From: Pirellulales bacterium
Lineage (GTDB): Bacteria; Planctomycetota; Planctomycetia; Pirellulales; PALSA-1355
DNA length: 64,000 bases
Assembly (NCBI GenBank): GCA_963733035.1
Contig: CAVTBU010000007.1
Coordinates: 256,001 to 320,000, forward strand
Reading direction: 5' to 3'
Within the stretch, counting starts at the first letter, position 1, and each line of letters begins with the position of its first letter. This document shows, piece after piece, positions 30,201-39,562 of this stretch. The translations under genes and the position numbers were made by a program. Below the pieces are notes generated by a model that did no database searches, had not been told where the DNA came from, and was given only the letters and a program-made list of their open reading frames with translations.

Positions 30201-33200
30201 ACGTGGCCTTGGCGCCAGTCTCCAGGTAAGTCTGTCCGATCCGACACCTCGCCCGCCGGTGCAGTTCGAGCCCGTAGCCACGGTGACGGGCCGCATCGTG
30301 ACTGCGCAGGGGGAGCCGAATTCGTGGAGCAACATCGACGTGCAGAGCGTTGGCGATTCGCCCGCAATCGTCTTCAACAGCGTCGATACGGACCGGGATG
30401 GCTACTTTAAGCTGCAACTCGTGGCCACACCCACGCCCTACCGAATTCGTTCACTCAACGTTCGCGGGGCACTCGTCGAAGCACTAATAGTCGCGCCCGG
30501 CGAAACCATCGACCTTGGCACCATCGACGGCACGTCCCAAGACCGGCCCCCCATCAAACGCACGCCCGCTGCCGCCAAGGCCGATTCGCCTGCGGTTGAA
30601 ACCTCGGCAGACGCAGATAATGCCCAAGCGAGCAAGCCCGATGCATTCGAATTTGCCGGCAAGGTCGTCGGGACGGACGGAAAACCGGTGGCCGGGGCAA
30701 AGGTGTTCGTCATCTATTACACCCCGACGCACATCGAGACTAAGCCTCGTGCCACATCGACCGCCGACGGCAGATTCGCCTTCACCATGAGCAAGCGAGA
30801 GTTCGATCAGGGTGAAAAGGCGGCTCCTTGGCAGTGGGCGTTTGTCGTGGCCACGGCGCCCGGCTTTGGGCTCGGGTGGGTTTTGGCGGCGGGCGTGGAA
30901 ACTCGCGGAGAAATACTCGAGGCCTTAAAAGCCACCCCCAACTACAACCCCGAACCGTCCATCATCTCGCTGGACTCGACGATTCGCCTCGTTGCTGACG
31001 ACGTGCCGATCGAAGGCCGTATTCTGAATTTGGAAGGCCAGCCCGTCGTCGGTGCCCGCGTGCAGGCCATCGAATTGCACGGCAATCCGCAAAACAGTTT
31101 GGACGCCTGGGTCGCCGCGGCACAGGATAAATCGGCCGATGAGTACGAGGTGACTCGGAACCTTTGGGGCGGCTTCGGCGGACTGCACCTGCGGCACTGG
31201 GTTTCGCAACTGTTTCCACCGGTAGTCAGCGACGCCGAAGGGCGATTTCGTATCGATGGGGTGGGACGCGAACGAATCGCCATGCTCCAGATTGAGCGGC
31301 AGGGATTCGAAACCCGACAACTCAACGTTCTCACTCGTCCCGGCCCGACGTACGAATTACTCAAGTACCGGCGCGACCCGAACCTGGGCACCACGGCATA
31401 TTACGGCGCGAAGTTCGATGTCGTGGTCGGTCCTTCGCGCGACGTCGTCGGCATGGTGCGCGATCTCGACACCGGCGAGCCGCTGGCCGGAGCGACGATC
31501 GCCGCCGACAAGTTGGCCGGCAATCCGACTAGCGGCATTTTCAATTCCTACATCCGCACGACTTCTGACGGCGAGGGAAGCTACCGATTGTCAGGGCTGC
31601 CGATTGGCGAAAACCGTATCCGGGCGTTGCCGCCGGCCGACCAGCCGTACCTTCCGGCGAGTGACAATGTTGAGGTAAGGCTCGACCGCGAGCAGGAGAC
31701 GGTCGACCTCAAGTCAAAGCGCGGCGTTTGGCTGCGGGGCCGCGTGACCGACGCCGCGAGCGGCAAGCCGCTGCCCGCCAACGTCCAGTACTTTGCATTT
31801 CGCGACAATCCGAGTGCCGGCTCGCTCCCCATCGGACAGTTGCGGCCCGTCATCACCAATGCAGATGGCAAATTCGCCATCTGCGGGCTGCCTGGCCGTG
31901 GCATTCTCGGGGTGACTCTGCAGGTCTCCGAGAAGTACCCACGCGGGGTTGGAGCGGAAAAGATCATCGACGGCCGCGACGAGAACTCCGGCGTCAATTC
32001 GCGCGACGACAAGACGATCGTTTTTCGCACCAGGCCGAGTGCTTGCTTTTCAACCAACTTCCACGTGTTGGCGGAAGTCAATCCGGCTGAGGATGCCGCG
32101 GAATTCGAGGTGGACTTTCAACTGCAAGCCGGCCGCAGCGTGAACGGTACGGTGCTCGATCCCGAGGGGCGGCCACTGGCCGGGGCTTTGTTTGCCGGGG
32201 GCGGAGCGCTGATGAGTTGGCGATTGCCGCCTCTCAAGTCGGCGCGTTTTACGGTCGAGAACGTCGAGCTAAACCAGCCGCGGCGGCTGAGCTTTTTGCA
32301 CACCGAACGCCGCCTGGCGGGCAGCGTGCTGCTCTCGGGCAATGAAACCGGGCCGCTGGAAGTCAAACTCCAGCCGTGGGGGACCGTAACTGGCCGCGTG
32401 TTGCAAGCTACGGGCGAACCGGCCGACGATGTCGACTTGCTCGGGCTGCTCTTTGGCGACAACGCAGCAGTCGCCAATTTCGGCCTGCTCCCCGACCCGA
32501 ATCGAACCCGTACTGATGCCAAGGGTCGCTTTGAGATCGAAGGCCTGGCACCGAACACGCCCTACGCGCTTTCCGCGTCCCAGGGACGCAGAATCCTCGG
32601 CGCGGTCATTGAGCAGTTCCAACTCGCCCCCGGCGAAACCAAGGATCTGGGTGATCTGACGATCCACTCGCCAGGTGCGAAAGCCAAACCAGAGCCCGGC
32701 GACAAAAAGCAGGCCAGCAACCCTAGTGCCAAGACGCCAGCCGAACAGACCCTCGAGTTCACCGGCAAGGTGCTCGATCCGGCCGGGAAGCCGAAGGTCG
32801 ATGCTCAAGTTGCGCTACTTTACTACGACGGTAAGCGCTCCCTGCTTTCGCCGCCGGCGACGACCGGCGACGATGGTGGATTCATGGTGCGTGTGCCGCG
32901 CGATCAACTCGCTCCGGATGACGCGAAGTGGGCAACCCTGATCGCGACGGCCGAAGGTCAGGGCTGTGGCTTTGATCGAGCCGCGCCGTTCGAGACAAGC
33001 GGGGCGCTTCTCAAGCTGCTTGAGTCGCATTATCGACACGACGAGTTTGTTGCACGGTCGAAAGACCGCATCTTGCGGCTGGTGGCCGATGACGTGCCGA
33101 TTTCCGGCCGCGTGATCAACCTGGAAGGGCAGGGATTGGTCGGTGCTCGGGTTCGCGTGCGCACCATCTATTCCAACGCAACCGATGGCCTCGACCCGTG

Positions 33201-34737
33201 GCTAACGGCCGCCGTGAGTGGCCAGTACATTTTGGGCCAGCTTTGGAAACACCTGCCGGAGTCGATCAGCGGACGGGTTTCGGGTGAGGCGATCGGGCAC
33301 CTGCTGCCCGAAGTGGTCACGGACGCCCAGGGTCGCTTCAAGCTCAGCGGGGTAGGACGCGAGCGGATCATCGAACTGCTCATCTCCGCGGACGGCTTGG
33401 AAACGCGAACTCTCTACGTTCGGACTCGAAACGGCGAAGCCGTGCAACTGCCCCACGATGTTACGGACCCTGATGCGGGCAGCGAAACGGTCTATGGGCC
33501 GACGTTCGAATATGCCCTGGCACCGTCGTTGCCGCTGGTGGGCGTCGTGCGCGATGTCGATAGCGGCAAGCCGCTCGCTGGCGTGAAAGTCGTTCCGGAA
33601 AGAATCGCGGGCGAGCGCCTGCACAGCACGATCTCGTACGACTACTTACAAGACACGACCGACAACGAGGGGCGCTACCGCCTGGTGGGACTGCCGATCG
33701 GCGAAAACAGAATTGCCGCACTTCCCGCGGATGATCAACCCTACCTGCCGGCGGCCATCGAGCTGGAAGCCGACTCGATCAAACAGGAGAACACGCTTGA
33801 CTTTGCGCTCAAACGTGGGGTCTGGATTCGCGGGCGCGCCAGCGATGCTCAAACCGGCGAGCCCATCAAGGGAAATGTGCAATATCTGGCATATCGCGAT
33901 AACCCTAATTTACGAGCCGCCCCCGGTTTGCTCGGGCCGATGGTCTACCGCTGGACCGACGACAATGGCCGCTACCAGGTCGTCGGCTTGCCGGGCCACG
34001 GACTCGTCACGCTGTTGGCGTCAGATGCCGACGACAAGTACCCACGCGGCGCGGGTCGTGAGTCGATCACCATCGAAGAGGGATCGGATTTTGTGCGCAC
34101 GCAACCGTTCCTCGTCTCGCCGGTCAATGCGCATTACCTGGCGGAGCTCAATATCGATGCGGCGGCGAATACCATCGAGCGCGATATTCAACTGCACGTC
34201 GGCAGCGAGCTGCATGGCACCGTCCTCGATCCCGAGGGCAAGCCACTGACAGGCGGACGATGCGCGGGTTTGACCAATATCGCCTATTGGAATGAACTCG
34301 ACGACGAGCATTTTTCCATTCACCACCTGGAACACGACCAGAAGCGACGCATTTACTTTTATCACGAGGCACGAGACCTGGCCGGCAGTATCGAAGTCAG
34401 CGGCAACGCAGCCGGCCCCATCGTTGTGAAGCTGCAGCCGGCGGGCGTGCTTAAAGGTCGCGTGCTATTCGACAACGGTGATCCGGCAGAACATGTCGAG
34501 CTGCACGGCAGTCGTGGAAAGAACCAAGACTTGCCGCGAGGAATCCTTGGCCGTAGAGCTCCACTCACTGATCGCGACGGGAAATTCACGATCTCCGGCC
34601 TGGCGCCAGGCCTGTTCTACAGTCTGCACGTTATTCGCGGCAGCCGCCTTCTTGGCACCCCCATCGAAGACGTCACTGTGGGCCCCGGCGAAACCAAAGA
34701 CCTTGGCGATTTGACGATTCCCGTGCCGGAAAAATAG
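21248..34737 (+). CDS. giant BlaR1-type M56 metallopeptidase with six tandem extracytoplasmic modules of carboxypeptidase-regulatory-like beta-sandwich repeats (frameshift at ~23648)
   Basis: N-terminal TM helices, HELAH zincin motif (22103-22117), EDVCDD, then a last TM helix. One extra C in CCC 23647-23649 fuses ORF 21248..23770 with ORF 23671..34737 (...AVPAGAGSLRVLCPNDQY...), giving ~4,496 aa. Repeating GxVxDPDGKP/TDADGRF motifs. Confidence 0.85.
22588..34734 (+). repeat. six ~2-kb intragenic modules (~22588-24435, 24541-26520, 26602-28540, 28627-30535, 30646-32667, 32752-34734; boundaries approximate)
   Basis: Each module starts with a GxVxxPxGKP-like motif and ends with a PGET(I/K)DLG-like motif (first module most divergent). 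Linkers 28510-28590 and 30502-30582 are very similar at DNA level. Confidence 0.85.
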
Positions 34738-34747
34738 GAATCCTTCC

Positions 34748-36121
34748 ATGCCAGCCGCAATGGACCTCTGGAAACCCTACGAACCGTCGCCGTCGCTGCC
34801 CTGGAATCGGCGCCGCGCCGTGCATTTGCATCGACGGGCGGCGTTCGGAGCAACGTGGGGAGAACTGGAGCGGGACCTGGCAGCCGCGCCGCAAGAGGCC
34901 GTCTCGCGACTGTTGTCGGGTGAAGCGCGAATCGACGGCGTTCCCTCCGACTTCGAGGCGACCACAACAATGCTCACCGATGCCGCGGCCGGCTCGCAGC
35001 TCGATCGGCGTTTGAAGGCGGCATGGGTCTATCGGATGTTGTTCACGCCCGATCCACTCGGCGAGCGGCTCACGCTCTTGTGGCACGACCACTTCGCCAC
35101 CAGCAACCTCAAGGTCGAGAATCTGAAGTACATGCGCGAGCAGAACGATGTTTTGCGCGAGCACGCGCGCGATCGATTCGCCCCACTACTCACCGCCGCA
35201 GTGCATAGCTCGGCCACATTGGTGTGGCTCGATGCTGACAGGAACGTGGCCGATCATCCCAATGAAAATCTTGGCCGCGAACTGATGGAGCTATTCACTC
35301 TCGGCATCGGCAATTACGGCGAACAGGACGTGCGGGAAGCGGCCCGGGCGCTGACCGGATGGCGAGTGGCCTCCGACGGTTTCCGCTACAGCTCCGAACG
35401 CCACGACCACGGCGCAAAGACCATTCTCGGCCAGACGAGGGATTTCGACGGTGACTCGCTGCTGGAACTCTTGCTCGCCCAACCGGCCACCGCTCGCCGC
35501 CTCGCGTGGCGAATCTGCCGCCTGCTGTTGGCTGAAACACTCGTCGACGACGCGGTGGTCGATTCGCTTGCCGAACAACTGCGGGCCTCGGAATTGAACA
35601 TCGGCAAGGCCGTGGAAACAGTGCTTCGGTCTCGGCGTTTCTTTGCTGACGAAAACATCGCCGCCACGATTGCCGGTCCGCCGCAGTACGTCATCGCCGC
35701 GGTGCGGACGCTGGAGTGCCTGGCGCCGCCTCCCAGCACGCTGCTGCTGGCCGATTGGATGGCGCGGATGGGGCAGGACCTGTACTATCCGCCCAACGTC
35801 GGCGGCTGGCCGGCCGGCAAGGCCTGGCTCACCTCCGGCGCGATCGTCACTCGGGCGAACTTTGCCGCTGCGCTCGTCGACGGACGGCTGACGCAATCGG
35901 GCGCCGGCCCCGATTTTCGGCGGTTGGTCGAGCGGCATCGCGGCCAGATCAATCTGAATGAAAGCATTGCCTGGTTGGCCGAGTTGCTCTTTGGCGGTTT
36001 ACCGCCGGAAACCGTCGCGGATATTGAAACCGCCGCTGGCACGCGGGGCGGCGACGATGCGGCGCAACTCTCGTCGGCCGTGCTGATTTTGCTAACCCGA
36101 CCAGAGGCACACTTGGCCTAG
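34748..36121 (+). CDS. DUF1800 family protein
   Basis: HLHRRAAFG, ERLTLLWHDHFATS, PNENLGRELMELFTLG, DVREAARALTGW, PPNVGGWP. Confidence 0.92.
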   Translation: MPAAMDLWKPYEPSPSLPWNRRRAVHLHRRAAFGATWGELERDLAAAPQEAVSRLLSGEARIDGVPSDFEATTTMLTDAAAGSQLDRRLKAAWVYRMLFTPDPLGERLTLLWHDHFATSNLKVENLKYMREQNDVLREHARDRFAPLLTAAVHSSATLVWLDADRNVADHPNENLGRELMELFTLGIGNYGEQDVREAARALTGWRVASDGFRYSSERHDHGAKTILGQTRDFDGDSLLELLLAQPATARRLAWRICRLLLAETLVDDAVVDSLAEQLRASELNIGKAVETVLRSRRFFADENIAATIAGPPQYVIAAVRTLECLAPPPSTLLLADWMARMGQDLYYPPNVGGWPAGKAWLTSGAIVTRANFAAALVDGRLTQSGAGPDFRRLVERHRGQINLNESIAWLAELLFGGLPPETVADIETAAGTRGGDDAAQLSSAVLILLTRPEAHLA

Positions 36122-36180
36122 CCCATTTGAATTGTCAAACAGGATAAACGACTAACCGCAAGCCACCGGAGACCCACGTC

Positions 36181-37374
36181 ATGCTTACGCGTCGACAAAT
36201 GCTGGAGCGGTCGCTGCTGCTTTCGCTCTCCCCGGTGGTGCCGGCGTTTCTAGCCCGCGCCGCGCAAGCCGCCCAAGCCGAGCGCGATCGGCGAATCCTG
36301 GTCGTGATTCAACTCGAAGGGGGCAACGACGGCCTCAATACCGTGGTGCCGTATCGCGATGAGAACTACGCCAGGCTGCGGCCCAAGCTCAAAGTCGAAA
36401 CCGATCGCTTGATCAAGCTCGGCGACGAGGTGGCCTTGCATCCGTCACTCGAGCCGCTGGGAAAACTGTTCGACGACGGACGCTTGAGCGTCGTGCAAGG
36501 GGTCGGCTATCCGAATCCGAATCGCTCGCACTTCCGCAGCATGGCCATCTGGCATGCTGCCCGACTGGAGGAAGCCGAGCATGGGCAATACGGCTGGCTG
36601 GGTCGTGCGCTCGATTTGCGGGCCGCGGCCGAAAATAGTCCGCAGGCGGTTTATGCCAGTCCGGCGTCGGTGCCGGTGGCGCTGTGGGGGCGCCGTGCTG
36701 TGACGGCCGTCGTTCGTTCGAAGGACGAATTGCGACTCGACGCGCCCGCGGAGTTGCTACAGGCGGCTTCCAGGGTCGCCCCAAGCAGTTCTGACTTGGT
36801 CCAATCGATTGCCGGGACGTGTCACGACGCGTTTGCCACCTGCCAGCGGTTGGAGCCAGTCTTGGCTGCCGAGCAGAATGCCGGCGCCTCTTCGAGCCGG
36901 CTATCGGAGGACCTGACGACCATCTCCGCGTTGATCAAAGGGGATGCTCCAGCCCGAGTCTATTACGCTGTGCAGACCGGCTACGACACGCACGCTTCGC
37001 AGCAATACGACCATGCGCGCCTGCTCCGCACGCTGGGCCGCGCGGTGGACCAGTTCCTGTCGGATCTGAAGGCCAGCGGCTTGGACGATCGCGTACTGGT
37101 GCTGGCCTTCAGCGAGTTCGGCCGCCGGGCCGCCGAAAATGCCTCGGCCGGCACCGACCACGGCGCCGCGGCTCCAGTGTTTCTGGCGGGGCCCAAATTG
37201 GCCGCTGGGCTGCTCGGCCCGGCACCGAACCTGGGAGATCTGGAGGACGGCGACGTACGGATGGCGTTCGACTTTCGCCGCCTCTATGCCACGCTGCTCG
37301 ACGAGTGGTTGCAAATTCCCTCGCGCGAGGTTCTTCCGGACGCGTTCGAGCCACTGCCGATTTTGCGGGGTTAG
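36181..37374 (+). CDS. DUF1501 family protein with Tat-like leader
   Basis: LTRRQML leader; LVVIQLEGGNDGLNTVVP, NRSHFRS, GYDTHASQ, FSEFGRR, GTDHG, DFRRLYATLL. Confidence 0.92.
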   Translation: MLTRRQMLERSLLLSLSPVVPAFLARAAQAAQAERDRRILVVIQLEGGNDGLNTVVPYRDENYARLRPKLKVETDRLIKLGDEVALHPSLEPLGKLFDDGRLSVVQGVGYPNPNRSHFRSMAIWHAARLEEAEHGQYGWLGRALDLRAAAENSPQAVYASPASVPVALWGRRAVTAVVRSKDELRLDAPAELLQAASRVAPSSSDLVQSIAGTCHDAFATCQRLEPVLAAEQNAGASSSRLSEDLTTISALIKGDAPARVYYAVQTGYDTHASQQYDHARLLRTLGRAVDQFLSDLKASGLDDRVLVLAFSEFGRRAAENASAGTDHGAAAPVFLAGPKLAAGLLGPAPNLGDLEDGDVRMAFDFRRLYATLLDEWLQIPSREVLPDAFEPLPILRG

Positions 37375-37478
37375 CCGGCTACCGGCGGCGTTTTGGTGTT
37401 CGCCGCGGCAAGCTAGAATTTGAGAGCGTTCGACCGTGAATCCTCTCATTGTCACCTAGCCTGCCAAAGCCCTGAGCC

Positions 37479-38549
37479 ATGCGAACGATTCTGGTTACCG
37501 GCGGCGCCGGATTCATCGGCAGTTGCCTGGTGCGACAACTGGCGGGGCACCGGATCGCGCGGATTGTCAACCTTGATAAGTTGACCTACGCAGGCCATCT
37601 CGAATCGCTTGCCGCGGTGCGCGATGATCCGCGGTGCGTGTTCGTTCGGGGTGACATCGCCGACGTTGCTCTGATCGGCGCGCTGCTCGCCGAACACCAA
37701 CCCGAGGCAATTGTGAACCTGGCTGCCGAGACGCACGTCGACCGCTCGATTGACACGCCGACGCCGTTTGTCGAAACCAATGTCGTCGGAACCGCGCGAC
37801 TTTTGGAGACGACGCTCCGCTACTGGCAATCGCTGGCCCCGGGCGAGCGCGAGACCTTTCGTTTTCTGCACGTTTCGACGGATGAAGTCTTCGGCTCGCT
37901 TGGAGCGACGGGCCGCTTCAGCGAATCATCGCCGGCGGCGCCAAATTCCCCCTACGCCGCATCTAAGGCTGCTGGCGACCACTTCGTGCGAGCCTACCAT
38001 CACACCTACGGGCTGCCGACGCTGCTCATTCATTGCTCGAACAATTATGGGCCGTACCAGTTTCCGGAAAAGCTCGTGCCGCTGGCAATTCTGGCGGCAG
38101 TCGAGGGCCGGCCAATTCCCCTTTATGGAGACGGTCAGCAGCTGCGAGACTGGCTGCACGTGGAGGATCACTGCCAGGGACTGCTCGCGGCGCTTGAGTA
38201 CGGCCAACCAGGCGACACCTATTGTTTCGGAAGTGAAATAGAACGGACAAACCTATCCGTGGTCGAATCGCTTTGCCGCATTGTCGACGAATTATGCCCT
38301 CCAGCTGCCCCATCCGCTGAGCGAATTCAATTTGTGGCCGATCGCCTGGGCCACGATTGCCGCTATGCGATCGATACAACCAAGGCACGTCGGGAGTTGA
38401 AGTGGCAACCGCGCCGCGACTTCGAGAGCGGCTTACGTCAAACGGTCGAGTGGTACTTGCAACACCAGGCTTGGGTGCAGCAAGTGAGCCGCGGCGTATA
38501 CGGCGGTGAGCGACTGGGGCTTGGTCGTCGCGCCGCCGTCAACGATTAG
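37479..38549 (+). CDS. rfbB: dTDP-glucose 4,6-dehydratase
   Basis: ILVTGGAGFIGS, DKLTYAG, LAAETHVDRSI, HVSTDEVFG, YAASK, SNNYGPYQFPEK. Confidence 0.95.
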   Translation: MRTILVTGGAGFIGSCLVRQLAGHRIARIVNLDKLTYAGHLESLAAVRDDPRCVFVRGDIADVALIGALLAEHQPEAIVNLAAETHVDRSIDTPTPFVETNVVGTARLLETTLRYWQSLAPGERETFRFLHVSTDEVFGSLGATGRFSESSPAAPNSPYAASKAAGDHFVRAYHHTYGLPTLLIHCSNNYGPYQFPEKLVPLAILAAVEGRPIPLYGDGQQLRDWLHVEDHCQGLLAALEYGQPGDTYCFGSEIERTNLSVVESLCRIVDELCPPAAPSAERIQFVADRLGHDCRYAIDTTKARRELKWQPRRDFESGLRQTVEWYLQHQAWVQQVSRGVYGGERLGLGRRAAVND

Positions 38550-38568
38550 TCGAGACAATCGCACTGGG

Positions 38569-39453
38569 ATGACGACCGACTATTTCAACAAGGGCATCCT
38601 GTTGGCCGGCGGCAATGGAAGCCGGCTCTACCCGCTCACGCGCGCGGTCAACAAACATCTGCTGCCGGTGTACGACAAGCCAATGATCTACTATCCGCTG
38701 TCGACCCTCATGCTGGCCGGCGTGCGCGAGATCCTGCTGATTACCACCCCGCGAGATGTTGCCGCATTCGAAGCACAACTCGGCGACGGCAGTCAGCTCG
38801 GCCTCTCGCTGCGATACGCCGTGCAGCCGCGACCCGAGGGAATTGCGCAGGCGCTCGTGATTGGCCGTTCGTTCGTCGGCAGCGACCACGTGGTACTGAT
38901 CTTGGGCGATAACCTTTTCCTCGACCCGGGCTTTCAGGACATACTGGCCCGAGCGGCTTCGCGGCCCACAGGTGCAACCGTGTTTGCCTACCCGGTTGAG
39001 GATGCTCAGCGCTATGGAGTCATCGAGCTGGACGAGCGGCAGCAGCCGGTTTCGGTGGTCGAGAAGCCCGCACAGCCCAAGTCGAACCTCGCCCTAACGG
39101 GCCTTTATTTCTACGACGGCCAGGCGGCCGACATCGCCGCTTCGCTCGAGCCCTCGGCCCGAGGCGAACTTGAGATCACCGACGTCAATCGCCGTTATCT
39201 TGAGCAGCGCCAACTGCACGTCGAACCGTTCACGACCGAATTCGGCTGGTTCGACGCGGGTACGCACGAGTCGCTCGCCGAATCGGCTGCCTATGTGCAA
39301 GCCCTCGAAACCCGTCAGGGGGTGAAGATCGGCTGCATCGAAGAGATCGCCTGGCAAAAGGGCTACATCACTGCCGACGGGCTTGCCCAACTGGCCGGCC
39401 AAATGCCGAACGATTACGGGGCCTATCTCCGGCGATTGCTCGACGAGCCCTGA
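38569..39453 (+). CDS. rfbA: glucose-1-phosphate thymidylyltransferase
   Basis: KGILLAGGNGSRLYPLT, KHLLPVYDKPMIYYP, LILGDN, PSARGELEITD, WFDAGT. Confidence 0.95.
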   Translation: MTTDYFNKGILLAGGNGSRLYPLTRAVNKHLLPVYDKPMIYYPLSTLMLAGVREILLITTPRDVAAFEAQLGDGSQLGLSLRYAVQPRPEGIAQALVIGRSFVGSDHVVLILGDNLFLDPGFQDILARAASRPTGATVFAYPVEDAQRYGVIELDERQQPVSVVEKPAQPKSNLALTGLYFYDGQAADIAASLEPSARGELEITDVNRRYLEQRQLHVEPFTTEFGWFDAGTHESLAESAAYVQALETRQGVKIGCIEEIAWQKGYITADGLAQLAGQMPNDYGAYLRRLLDEP

Positions 39454-39481
39454 TCCCTTCGGCCGACGGCATTCCACGCGC

Positions 39482-39520
39482 AAAAAAATGGCCCCGCGCG
39501 ACTCGCGACGCGCGGGGCCA
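39482..39520 (-). terminator. rho-independent terminator of the redoxin-fusion gene
   Basis: Perfect 12-bp stem TGGCCCCGCGCG/CGCGCGGGGCCA with an 8-nt loop; A7 on the + strand gives a U7 tail on the minus strand, ~40 nt past the stop. Confidence 0.85.
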
Positions 39521-39562
39521 AAGCGCAGATGGGCAATCCGCGTTTGACGTCTCTTCAAAAAA

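Noticed and set aside
22588..34734. Diversity-generating retroelement or CRISPR-like explanation for the repeats
   Set aside because: The repeats are in-frame protein modules with synonymous divergence; no reverse transcriptase, adenine-specific TR/VR pair, spacer array or cas gene was seen.
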